Source: a virus
Lineage: Duplodnaviria; Heunggongvirae; Uroviricota; Caudoviricetes
DNA length: 30,084 bases
IMG/VR virus record: IMGVR_UViG_3300036945_000956
Reading direction: 5' to 3' (one strand)
A program made the translations under genes and the position numbers. Under the pieces are notes generated by a model. The model ran no database searches, was not told where the DNA came from, and saw nothing but the letters and a program-made list of their open reading frames with translations. Shown piece by piece: positions 1-8,935 of the stretch; within the stretch, counting starts at the first letter, position 1, and the number at the start of each line of letters is the position of its first letter.

Positions 1-208
1 TATCCAGCATCAAGCCAACAGTCTGTCCAGCGGCAGTCACAGGCGTGGTTCCTGCGCTGTCTTGGAACAGTGTGGTCAGGTCAGATGGGTCATACCATAC
101 GCCTTGCTCTGAGGCAGCAAAGAGGGATGATGGGAAAAACCTTACTCTATTGAGCCAAGGATTACCTATACCTGGGTTAACTTTACTACGAAAACTATTT
201 GTGAACAT
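1..208 (-). CDS. Virion/fibre-type structural protein, N-terminal part (runs off left edge; not in ORF track)
   Basis: ATG at 208 overlaps the upstream stop (TAATG). Manual translation is open to the edge: MFTNSFRSKVNPGIGNPWLNRVRFFPSSLFAASEQGVWYDPSDLTTLFQDSAGTTPVTAAGQTVGLMLD. The WYDPSDLxTLFQDxAGTTPVTA motif is one I recognise from phage virion proteins. Confidence 0.7.
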   Translation of the reverse strand, partial: MFTNSFRSKVNPGIGNPWLNRVRFFPSSLFAASEQGVWYDPSDLTTLFQDSAGTTPVTAAGQTVGLMLD

Positions 209-480
209 TATACATCCACTATTACAGATCCAGAAGTACCAGTGATGGCTTTGGCCCAAATGTAAGTACCACCCACAACTGTTAACGTTGTTGTAGATAC
301 TTTAAGTTCACCTTGCCAAATGTCATATACAAGACCAATTGTTGAAGTTGGTGCAACGTTTGTTGTAGTTGTATTAATATAGATTTGTTGTTGACCAATA
401 TTTTGAAAGGTAATTGTAGCAACGTTATTACCAATTAATGTCCAAGTATCTTTATTGATTGCAATTTTAGAAAATGCCAT
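208..480 (-). CDS. Hypothetical protein, 90 aa, Thr/Ile-rich and beta-rich, probably virion-associated
   Basis: Coupled by TAATG overlaps at both 480 and 208, in the same orientation as the operon. Confidence 0.7.
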   Translation of the reverse strand: MAFSKIAINKDTWTLIGNNVATITFQNIGQQQIYINTTTTNVAPTSTIGLVYDIWQGELKVSTTTLTVVGGTYIWAKAITGTSGSVIVDV

Positions 481-1745
481 TATACTTCCTTTGCAAATGC
501 TAGAATTTCATTAAAGCCTTTTGAACCAGACATTAATCTCTGTTCCATTTTAGTTTTATTTGATGAACTCAACTGATTGAATAGATTGTTCAAAGAATTT
601 GATGACTCATTAGTAAGAGTTACAGATGATCCATCATTGAGTTTCATTGCACCTGCTTTGAATGCTTCATCAAGGTCGACTGATTCAGCAGCCACTTTAG
701 CCGTTGATGATTTGCCTTGCTGTTTACGAATTTTTTCATCTGCCATCTTTTGACCAGCTAGACGATCATCACCTTGGCGAGCAGCTTTGGTTGAATATTT
801 GCTAAGTGTGGTTGCTGAAACTTCATCAATTTGTTCTGCTTCTTCTTTTGCCAATTTGTCAGCAGCTAGACCGATGCCTCTTTTTCTACTGTATGCTTTA
901 TTAAAATATTTATCGGTGCTTTTTCCTTGACCAGCCAAAATTTTGCCGTCTCTTCTTGCGTTAAAATCTAAATCTCCAGCCGCTTTTTTTACATAAGAGC
1001 CAAGTGTCTTTTTTGACAACTCGTCAATTTGTTCTGCTTCTTCTTTCATTGCAGCCTTAGTAGCAGTAGCATACATGACAGACTTCCACTTAGAACCATA
1101 ACGATCCTTAAAGTCTTGAGTCTTGTCTTTCATACCCTTAACAATATCTTCACGTTGCTTCATATCTGTTGGAGACATTGAAGCTTCTTTTAGATCATGT
1201 TCACCTTTTGGGATACGACCAGCAACTTCACTACCTTTACGAACAACAAAATCACCATTGTTTGCGATTGATGATGTGTAACCATGGTCTTTTGGCAATC
1301 TTGTTTTACCAAGTGCTTTTAACATATGCTTGTGGTAAATATCAGTCTTTGCTTCATCAAGATCAACTTCTTCATTCATAGATGGTTTAACAGCATTATA
1401 TGCAGGACCACCGGTCTTTTTGCGACGAAGATGTTCTGCTGACATTTCTTTTTTGCCATAACTACCATGAGGAATATTATTTAAAACATGAAACTTAAGT
1501 CTTGCATCTGAAAGATTTGAAACACCTTCATCAAGATCAACTTCTTCATATACAGAAGCATCCTCACCATTATGGAATGAGGCAAGTTTTGTCTTATCTT
1601 TTTTAAGCTTCTTAGCAGTAAATTGATCTTCAGCATCAACTGGATAATCAGTTTTTTGCACAACATGTTTATCAACAAAAGCTTTGGTACGACGTGGCAA
1701 TTGCTCTAATGTAGCTTCTTTGATGATGTCCTTAAACGTCTTCAT
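480..1745 (-). CDS. Putative internal head/prohead core-associated modular protein
   Basis: Lies directly after gp67. N-terminus MKTFKDIIKE resembles the T4 internal-protein capsid-targeting sequence. Lys/Glu-rich, with repeated EEVDLDE/EEAEQIDE linkers containing (I/L)xE motifs. Confidence 0.65.
   Translation of the reverse strand: MKTFKDIIKEATLEQLPRRTKAFVDKHVVQKTDYPVDAEDQFTAKKLKKDKTKLASFHNGEDASVYEEVDLDEGVSNLSDARLKFHVLNNIPHGSYGKKEMSAEHLRRKKTGGPAYNAVKPSMNEEVDLDEAKTDIYHKHMLKALGKTRLPKDHGYTSSIANNGDFVVRKGSEVAGRIPKGEHDLKEASMSPTDMKQREDIVKGMKDKTQDFKDRYGSKWKSVMYATATKAAMKEEAEQIDELSKKTLGSYVKKAAGDLDFNARRDGKILAGQGKSTDKYFNKAYSRKRGIGLAADKLAKEEAEQIDEVSATTLSKYSTKAARQGDDRLAGQKMADEKIRKQQGKSSTAKVAAESVDLDEAFKAGAMKLNDGSSVTLTNESSNSLNNLFNQLSSSNKTKMEQRLMSGSKGFNEILAFAKEV
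826..1549. repeat. Exact linker repeats in the 421-aa gene: 23 nt (826-848 and 1024-1046) and 24 nt (1352-1375 and 1526-1549)
   Basis: tcaatttgttctgcttcttcttt occurs twice (KEEAEQID) and cttcatcaagatcaacttcttcat occurs twice (EEVDLDE). Confidence 0.9.
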
Positions 1746-1965
1746 CTTCGTATTCCTCTGTATCTGAGTTGTCTAAATCTTCATCCTCATCATCAGCGTA
1801 TACGTCTGATTCTTCATCATCGTCGCCATACATACTCATAGATAGTTGTTCTCGACGTGCCGCAATAGCATTCATCATTTTATCTTTAATAGCATTATTA
1901 AAAGCATTTCCAACTTCAACTGGGTTGCTATCAAATGATGCTTGAATAATATCTTCAATTGACAT
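1732..1965 (-). CDS. gp67: Prohead core protein gp67-like
   Basis: 77 aa immediately after the portal, with a helical N-terminus (FNNAIKDKMMNAIAARR) and a highly acidic tail. A late promoter lies upstream. Confidence 0.75.
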   Translation of the reverse strand: MSIEDIIQASFDSNPVEVGNAFNNAIKDKMMNAIAARREQLSMSMYGDDDEESDVYADDEDEDLDNSDTEEYEDEDV

Positions 1966-1982
1966 AGTTTAATTTCCTTTTA

Positions 1983-1990
1983 TATTTATA
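1983..1990 (-). promoter_or_regulatory. T4-type late (gp55) promoter TATAAATA
   Basis: tatttata on the + strand, in the gp20-gp67 intergenic gap. Confidence 0.85.
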
Positions 1991-2000
1991 ATGTATTTAT

Positions 2001-3551
2001 CTATTTCACAATTTTAACTGGTGTGGGTTGTGGAGGCGGTGGTGGAGTATCCTCAGGTTCTGGATTAGCATCCTGTTCCTCTTGAATATCCTCATCAATT
2101 TCTTCAATATCTTCATCGGTTTGTTGAAGAATATTTTTACGCACCCATTTTTTAGAATAGTAAACACCAACATAATCATTAATAGCTTGTAATGTCTGAA
2201 GTCTCTGAGTAAGAATCTCTTGCTCTTTCAGTTCTTCAAAATGATTATCTTCTTGGAAGTCATAACGAATTTTATTCTTAATCTCTTTCCATTCTTCAAT
2301 GGTCATCACATTCTTAAGAACCAATTGCTTCTCTAGAATTTCATCAAACAACATTGAGAAACGAGCACGGAGACGACGAATGAACTTACTGAATTTAACT
2401 TCATCTCTTGAAATTTCATTTGATCTACCTAATGAAAATCCTGTTTCAGATTCCATACGAGTGATAGGAACATTCAATGCTTTATATAGGTTCTTTTGGA
2501 AATATAGAACATCATCCATCTCACCAAGATTGGCGCCGCCTGGAAGTGTAGTGATCTCTGTACCTTTTTCTCCATTACGACGAGGCATCCAGAAGTCTTC
2601 AAGCATCGTCATATGTTTGCGATCATCACGTATATCACCAGTAGCAGCATCATATACAAGACGATTCTTATGTTTGGTCATCATATCACGAAGATATTGC
2701 TCTGCTTTAAGTTTTGGTAGATTACCGACATCAATGTAAAAAATTCTACGTTCTGGAGCACGAGCCAAACGATAGATAACCGCCGCATCTTCTAACATTC
2801 TAAGTTGATTTAATGGTTTAATTGCTTTATTCAGATGAGATAAAACTAATGTATTTGTTTCATTCACAACACCTGAAGTCACTTCAATGATTGAATCCTT
2901 TGCAATTCGAATACCTTTAGTAGTATCTGTGGTGCTTACAGAACTTGATTTGGTTGCAAATGTTTTATCATTGAAGATATAATATTCATTCTTTGTTTGA
3001 ACTAATGTAGCATCAGCATTATTATCTTTTGTTTTTGTGATCTCACGAATTTTACGAAGTTTACGTGGATCAATATAACGTAATTCCTTAATGCCTAATT
3101 TTGGATTCTTTTCATCAATAATGGCATGATACTTTAAACGCCCATCAACATAGAAACGTTGGAATGTTTCATAACCTCTATTTGAAAAGTCAAGCAATCT
3201 TAATGCTTCTTCAAATTCTTCAACAACACGTTTTTTAATGTTGTCAGATAATTTGGTATCATCTAAATTGAGTTCAACAACTTTATCAGTATCTGATACA
3301 ACAATAGCATCATTTACAATATCATCAATTGCTCTTGATACTTCAGGATGCATTTCCATTTGACGATACTTGGTAATTATCTCGCCTTCAGTTTTTGCAG
3401 TTCCTTCAATATCAAGAAAAGTACCATAAGCACCTCCAGCAATACCACCAGAGTTAACAGTCAATGCACCATCATCTAAATCTTTATCAACAAAGGATTT
3501 AAGTTCTGGTTCATCTTTTCTTTTGATCTCAAAACCAAATAAAGTTGCCAT
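2001..3551 (-). CDS. gp20: Portal vertex protein
   Basis: Motifs YRLARAPERRIFYIDVGNLPKLKAEQYLRDMM, MLEDFWMPRR and EITTLPGG; 516 aa; follows the tail tube gene. Confidence 0.98.
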   Translation of the reverse strand: MATLFGFEIKRKDEPELKSFVDKDLDDGALTVNSGGIAGGAYGTFLDIEGTAKTEGEIITKYRQMEMHPEVSRAIDDIVNDAIVVSDTDKVVELNLDDTKLSDNIKKRVVEEFEEALRLLDFSNRGYETFQRFYVDGRLKYHAIIDEKNPKLGIKELRYIDPRKLRKIREITKTKDNNADATLVQTKNEYYIFNDKTFATKSSSVSTTDTTKGIRIAKDSIIEVTSGVVNETNTLVLSHLNKAIKPLNQLRMLEDAAVIYRLARAPERRIFYIDVGNLPKLKAEQYLRDMMTKHKNRLVYDAATGDIRDDRKHMTMLEDFWMPRRNGEKGTEITTLPGGANLGEMDDVLYFQKNLYKALNVPITRMESETGFSLGRSNEISRDEVKFSKFIRRLRARFSMLFDEILEKQLVLKNVMTIEEWKEIKNKIRYDFQEDNHFEELKEQEILTQRLQTLQAINDYVGVYYSKKWVRKNILQQTDEDIEEIDEDIQEEQDANPEPEDTPPPPPQPTPVKIVK

Positions 3552-3576
3552 TTTGTAATATCTCTTATCTTTATAT

Positions 3577-3610
3577 AAAAAAGGTGGTAAGGGACATCAA
3601 CCCCTTACCT
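3577..3610 (-). terminator. Rho-independent terminator after gp19
   Basis: Minus strand reads GGTAAGGG-GTTGATGT-CCCTTACC (8-bp stem, 3586-3593 pairing with 3602-3609), followed by ACCTTTTTT. Confidence 0.8.
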
Positions 3611-3620
3611 ATTGGTATAT

Positions 3621-4172
3621 TTATGCCTTTGTAGAAGCATCGCCTGTGATACCTTCAACAGTCCATAGATCATAATGGAATGTAATATCATAACTTTCAA
3701 TACTGTCAGTATTATTCCAATCCATTGCAATTGAACTTAACATTGTTGGAAAAATACCTTCAAATTTATAAGTACGCAAAGCTTTACCAGTTTTACTAAA
3801 TTGAGTAATCAATGCTTGTGATTTATAATCAGAAGGGCTACTTGAATTTGTAAGACGTAGGTTTCCAGTATGACTATTGATTGCATTCATCCATTGTTCC
3901 ATACGGTTACGGATTGCAAAGTTTTCATCATTATATACTGAAACAGTCCATGGTTCAAATACTCTGTCACCAGCCAGTGGGATCTTTCTTCCCATATATG
4001 GCAGATCATAAATGCCAAGTTGTGATTGTGGTAACTGAGCAGCATGAACCATAAATGGTACTAAAGCATCAGCACTGGTATCAATTTTGTTTGTGATAGC
4101 AACTTGAAAGAGTGTTGATTTAGCACCACCACCGGTCAAGGAAGCTTTCATTTCGTTTATGTTAAACGCCAT
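3621..4172 (-). CDS. gp19: Tail tube protein
   Basis: Motifs YMGRKIPLAGDRVFEPWTVSVYNDENF and IAMDWNNTDSIE; located after the sheath gene. Confidence 0.96.
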   Translation of the reverse strand: MAFNINEMKASLTGGGAKSTLFQVAITNKIDTSADALVPFMVHAAQLPQSQLGIYDLPYMGRKIPLAGDRVFEPWTVSVYNDENFAIRNRMEQWMNAINSHTGNLRLTNSSSPSDYKSQALITQFSKTGKALRTYKFEGIFPTMLSSIAMDWNNTDSIESYDITFHYDLWTVEGITGDASTKA

Positions 4173-4194
4173 TGTTTTTCTCCTTTATTACCTA

Positions 4195-6018
4195 TTAAAC
4201 TTGACCAATAATTTCATTAAATGCAACACCAGTACCAACAGCAACAAAGTTCAATTGGATATAGTTAATTGAACGAGCAGGTTTAATGTAAATATCACCG
4301 ACGAACTGGTTAGTATCAATGATCTGTGATGTGTTGTTAGTATCATCACATACTACCCTGAAGTCATAAATGCCACGACGACCTTGAACATCACGTAGGA
4401 ATGGTTCAATTAGATTTTTGAATTGTGCACGAGTAAATGCATCATTAAATTCAAATAGTGTGGATTTAGCTGCTTCAGCAATTGCTTTTTCAAGAACAAT
4501 GAAGAGACGACGAACATTAATACGATCAAATGCACTGTTATCACCAATAAGTGTCTTATCACCGAATAGCAATGTACCTTGACCATTCTCACTAATGACT
4601 GGATTAATATCCGCAGGGTAAAGAATATCACGTTGTGCAGCATTTGGATTGAATGCCAATTTAACAACATTCTTTAGTTTACCGCGGTTATAACCAGCTG
4701 GTGAATACCATGGGTCTTTTTCCTGAGCAGTTCTTGCAGTCAAACCAGCAATATCACCATTCATTGGAGTATAACGATATACATCATTATAACGGTCATA
4801 ACGATACTTATAACCAGTATCCATAACAGCATATGAACTTGATGTTAGAGCATTTCTAAATGCAACAATATCAGTTACTTCATTGCCTGCAGTACTAAGA
4901 ACAGTATTAGCATTATTTGCAGATGGTGAAACAAATGCCATACAATCTTTACGAACTTCACAGATGTTATCAATAATATAGTTAGCAACACCAGTCTGAA
5001 CAGTACCTTCTCTTGGTTTACCAGCAAGAATAAATGATACATCAACGTCTTGTGGTGAAACAAACTTGTTATAACCGGCAGTAAGAACACCAAGTGCAAC
5101 AGTCTTTTCATCACCACTGATACCACCAGTTAATGATGTATATACAGCATTACCTGTAGTTACAATAGTGTTACCAGTTGCATAAGCCCAGTTACTTTTA
5201 TTATTAATAATGTTTCTGTAAAAATTAGATGAACCATCTGGTTTCTTAGCAGTTGAAGTAACACTTACTTGTTCATACATCTCAAGAATAGTACCAGCAA
5301 CACCGCTAATATCACCATCTTCATCAATAATTGCAATGTGGACAGAATTTGCAGCAGGAGTTTTTGCTACGTTTTTATAATATGCCCATCTTCTAGTTGC
5401 AGTAGAAGTTACCAAATTAGTTGACAGTGTATATTTGTTGGTAAATGTTACAGTAGTATTGCTTCCAGCACTAGAAACAACTAAATCTTGAAAACCAATT
5501 GATGTATTACCAACTGTTAAAACATCACCAGCAACTAAATTAGCAAAATCTGTAACATTTGTTGCAGTATTTGCACCAGTGACAATTGAAACACCGGCAA
5601 TATTAGAACTATATACGTTAGCATTTTGACAGACTGAAACCTTAAGACTATTTCCTAGATCACCTGGGTATCTAGCAATAATTTGAGGAATAGTTGTGTT
5701 TGCTTCTGCTACCGAGGCTGTCAAAACTTGTCCATTAGCACCTGCATTAAATGCAGTGTTTGCCGCTACACGGACAACATATAGCTGATTTGAATAAGCT
5801 AAAAAGTCAGCCGCTGTAAAGAATGTTTCGTAGTTATTAGCAGTTGGTTTACCAAATGTATTAACTAGATTTGTTTCCGATGTCACTAATACTCGTTCAT
5901 TTACTGGGCCCCAGCTAAATACGCCAGCAATACCGCCTTGAGTGGTGGCTACTGCAGGAACAACTGTGGTTAAATTAAATTCACTTACATTAATGCCTGG
6001 ACTTATTTGAAAAGCCAT
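4195..6018 (-). CDS. gp18: Contractile tail sheath protein
   Basis: Motifs MAFQISPGINVSEF, PWYSPAGYNRG, FDRINVRRLF, FEFNDAFTR and KPARSINYIQLNFVA. Confidence 0.98.
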   Translation of the reverse strand: MAFQISPGINVSEFNLTTVVPAVATTQGGIAGVFSWGPVNERVLVTSETNLVNTFGKPTANNYETFFTAADFLAYSNQLYVVRVAANTAFNAGANGQVLTASVAEANTTIPQIIARYPGDLGNSLKVSVCQNANVYSSNIAGVSIVTGANTATNVTDFANLVAGDVLTVGNTSIGFQDLVVSSAGSNTTVTFTNKYTLSTNLVTSTATRRWAYYKNVAKTPAANSVHIAIIDEDGDISGVAGTILEMYEQVSVTSTAKKPDGSSNFYRNIINNKSNWAYATGNTIVTTGNAVYTSLTGGISGDEKTVALGVLTAGYNKFVSPQDVDVSFILAGKPREGTVQTGVANYIIDNICEVRKDCMAFVSPSANNANTVLSTAGNEVTDIVAFRNALTSSSYAVMDTGYKYRYDRYNDVYRYTPMNGDIAGLTARTAQEKDPWYSPAGYNRGKLKNVVKLAFNPNAAQRDILYPADINPVISENGQGTLLFGDKTLIGDNSAFDRINVRRLFIVLEKAIAEAAKSTLFEFNDAFTRAQFKNLIEPFLRDVQGRRGIYDFRVVCDDTNNTSQIIDTNQFVGDIYIKPARSINYIQLNFVAVGTGVAFNEIIGQV

Positions 6019-6075
6019 GTCATTTCTCCCTTATAATTGTTAATGTGTAAGATTCCAATACCTATTCTTATTATA

Positions 6076-6083
6076 TATTTATA
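6076..6083 (-). promoter_or_regulatory. T4-type late promoter TATAAATA upstream of gp18
   Basis: Exact match in the gp17-gp18 intergenic region. A GGGAGA RBS precedes the gp18 ATG. Confidence 0.85.
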
Positions 6084-6098
6084 AAATGCTGAAATGGG

Positions 6099-7712
6099 TT
6101 AAAAACGCAACCAATTATCTTCCACAACATCAATAATTAACGGTTCATCATGTCCTGTTTCATGGAAACCAAATGGCAACATTTCAGCATCCAAATCATC
6201 ATTAGTTCTTTCTCTCAATTTAGCCAACGTATTAATATCAGTAATTTCTCTAAAATATTTTTGATCTGATAACCAAGCAAATAAAACTAAACACATCACC
6301 ATATCATCATGACACCCAGATTCCGCTTCAAAGCTATTTGCTTTTTTAGAGAATGTGGATAGTTCTTTAATCGTATCAAAATCATTAATGATTAATTGAT
6401 CTTGTTCCACTAATAATTTAAGAACACTACAACCAACTGATTTTACGGATCTTGTAGTTCTAATTCCAAGTTCTTGGCTTTTTCCACCAGTAGAGATCAT
6501 TTTACCAGCACGGCCATTATTTGTTGTGTAAAGAACATTTTCATATTCAAAATCATAAAGTATAGATTCAATGACCTGTTGACCAATATCATTAATTTCA
6601 ACTAAAATAGAAGCTTCATTATATCCTTTACATGTTCTAAAAATAACTTCCGCATAATCTAGTGGTGTAATAAGATTATCACGGAATATACACACTTGTT
6701 TATATGGCATTTCTGTCACATCAATAATTTGAAATGCCGAATAGTCTAATCCTTTACCTCGTGATACATCAGCAACACAAACATACATATGCCCAGGAGT
6801 TGCATTCTCATACATTTTGATATTATTTTTATCTAGCAATGGTATTTTAGTAACCAATGATTTTAATTTAGAACCAGTGATAAGAGTACCAGATGAACCT
6901 TGGAATTCACAGCAGAATTCTTGTGCAAACTTTTGAAGGTCATGATCCATAGCAGCCAGAGTTTCTTTACGCCAAGTCTCATCACGACCAGGAACTCGTT
7001 GCCAAGGAACTTCAACATATTCATATCCATTCATATCATTCTTAGCACCTTCACATGTTTTATAAAAGTGATTCAAACCATTTGGTGTTGATGTAAATAG
7101 AATCTTTGTCGTGTTACCAGATGAAATGGTTGGAAAAACCGAAGCAAAAAACTCATCCCAGTTTTCAACAAATGCAGTTTCATCAATATAAAGGAATGAG
7201 ATAGACTTACCACGGATTGCAGAACCTGATGTAGCAGATGCAAGAATCTTACAACCGTTTTCAAATTCAACAGAACCTTTGTTCCATTCAATCACACCTT
7301 GTTGTAACCATTTTGGTAGTGCTTCAAAAGCAATCTTAATTCGTTCAAGAATCTCTCGAGCTGCATCACCTTTGTTTGCCAATAGAGCAACTGTCTTATG
7401 ATCGTTGAATAGAATGTAATGAAGAATCACAACAACCGCAGTTGTGGTTTTACCAGCCTGACGAGATGTATTGACTACGACTCGACGACCATTTGTAATT
7501 TTATCAATGATTTCTTCTTGATAGTCATATAGATCAATGGGAATTAATCCGTGATCAACATGAACGATCTTAATATATTTTTGTGCAAAGTATTTTGGAT
7601 CACGAGCACATCTTAAATACTCTTGAAGTTTATCATGATCCCATTCAATAGATACACCTTTCTTTTTAAGATTGGTATTGCCATTATAACCTCTATCAGC
7701 CAGATTTGTCAT
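6099..7712 (-). CDS. gp17: Terminase large subunit
   Basis: Walker A-like SRQAGKTT, Walker B LYIDETAF, coupling motif TSTPNG, and nuclease motifs ADVSRG and HDDMVM. 537 aa with no intein-sized insertion. Confidence 0.98.
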   Translation of the reverse strand: MTNLADRGYNGNTNLKKKGVSIEWDHDKLQEYLRCARDPKYFAQKYIKIVHVDHGLIPIDLYDYQEEIIDKITNGRRVVVNTSRQAGKTTTAVVVILHYILFNDHKTVALLANKGDAAREILERIKIAFEALPKWLQQGVIEWNKGSVEFENGCKILASATSGSAIRGKSISFLYIDETAFVENWDEFFASVFPTISSGNTTKILFTSTPNGLNHFYKTCEGAKNDMNGYEYVEVPWQRVPGRDETWRKETLAAMDHDLQKFAQEFCCEFQGSSGTLITGSKLKSLVTKIPLLDKNNIKMYENATPGHMYVCVADVSRGKGLDYSAFQIIDVTEMPYKQVCIFRDNLITPLDYAEVIFRTCKGYNEASILVEINDIGQQVIESILYDFEYENVLYTTNNGRAGKMISTGGKSQELGIRTTRSVKSVGCSVLKLLVEQDQLIINDFDTIKELSTFSKKANSFEAESGCHDDMVMCLVLFAWLSDQKYFREITDINTLAKLRERTNDDLDAEMLPFGFHETGHDEPLIIDVVEDNWLRF

Positions 7713-8118
7713 TTAGAGTTCTCATTATCTGTTGAAGTTCAGCTGTTGATCCAACAAAAAGATTATTAGTAACTTTACCACCTTCTGATTTAGGTGCTTG
7801 TTCTTCATTTTTCTTTCGTGAAAGTTCAACCAAATCTTTATTGGCATCAATCAATGTTTTCATTGTGGTAGCAAGTACTTCATATGCTCTTGGATGTTGT
7901 GATTGACTTGCAACATCTAAAAGATCTTCTAATGCCTGTGTACCTTTTTCAATGACATTGTAAAAATTATCTCGAGCATACTTATAATCTCTGTCAGCTT
8001 CTGTTGTATCTTCAGGAACTATAACTTGCTTTTTTGGTTGTTCAACACCAATGATTTCAGCATCCATAATTTCTGACATTGGAGTTAATCCAAGATGTCT
8101 TGCAATATCATCACTCAT
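7696..8118 (-). CDS. gp16: Terminase small subunit (likely start MSDDIARH at 8118, not 8157)
   Basis: Motifs DYKYARDNFY, HPRAYEV and NNLFVGSTAELQ. The 8118 ATG lies just after the gp15 stop. Confidence 0.92.
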   Translation of the reverse strand: MSDDIARHLGLTPMSEIMDAEIIGVEQPKKQVIVPEDTTEADRDYKYARDNFYNVIEKGTQALEDLLDVASQSQHPRAYEVLATTMKTLIDANKDLVELSRKKNEEQAPKSEGGKVTNNLFVGSTAELQQIMRTLNDKSG

Positions 8119-8120
8119 TC

Positions 8121-8921
8121 TTACGGGCCATTCGTTATTTGTACAATATAATCCCAATCATCTTCAAAGTTGATGTTTGCATATGCTACTGTGTTATTAA
8201 TATTTGTAGTAGGTAGTCCATTTACAGTAAGTCCAGGTTGTACTTGAACTACTTGAACTGCTGTATTAGAATCAAGACTGGAATACAGATTTGTTTTTGC
8301 AAATTTAATTATTTTCTTTTGTGTCACTGGACCAAAGTAATAAGCTTTCATTGTAAAAGTAAGTGTCCAAATCAATGCACGTCTTTGTTCAAATGATCCT
8401 TCATAAGTATCTTCCATTGAAATATTATCTAATACAATTGGAATATCAAAATATTCATCAATGTTATCTAACAATTTAACAGAAGGTGTAAAGTCTGGTT
8501 TAAAGAATGGAAGAATTTGCTCAACAATTTTTGTACCATCTTCTTGAAATTTAGTCATAATATTCAATTGAAACGTAATGTTATAAGGTGCTGGAGTGTA
8601 TGATGTATTAAACGATGCATCATTTGAGGTGATGTTTTTGGAATATCTACTCATTGGTGTTAAATTACGAGAAGGATCATAAGATATGTTAATCATCTCA
8701 AATGTAATTCTTGGAAGTGTAATTTGTGGTGCTGTCAAACTTGGATCTTGTTCAAGTCTTGCTAAAAACTTTTGCATAGGTCCATAATTAATAGGAACCG
8801 TCATTGTTTGAATAGTTGATCCTGCATTATCCTTACGACTTATTTTGATAGCATTAAAGAGAGTACCAAATACTGCTACATAACGTCGAGTTGTCTCATT
8901 ATAGAATTGATTACCAAACAT
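8121..8921 (-). CDS. gp15: Tail terminator/sheath stabiliser
   Basis: Motifs FYNETTRRYVAVFGTLFN, VPINYGP, LPRITFE and EQILPFFKP. Confidence 0.95.
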   Translation of the reverse strand: MFGNQFYNETTRRYVAVFGTLFNAIKISRKDNAGSTIQTMTVPINYGPMQKFLARLEQDPSLTAPQITLPRITFEMINISYDPSRNLTPMSRYSKNITSNDASFNTSYTPAPYNITFQLNIMTKFQEDGTKIVEQILPFFKPDFTPSVKLLDNIDEYFDIPIVLDNISMEDTYEGSFEQRRALIWTLTFTMKAYYFGPVTQKKIIKFAKTNLYSSLDSNTAVQVVQVQPGLTVNGLPTTNINNTVAYANINFEDDWDYIVQITNGP

Positions 8922-8935
8922 TTTATTCTATATCC

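Noticed and set aside
826-1549. CRISPR-like array
   Set aside because: There are two different repeats with two copies each, in frame within a CDS, with irregular long spacing and no cas genes.
6099-7712. Intein or intron in the terminase or portal
   Set aside because: Lengths (537 and 516 aa) and motif spacing are normal, and no splice-junction motifs are seen.
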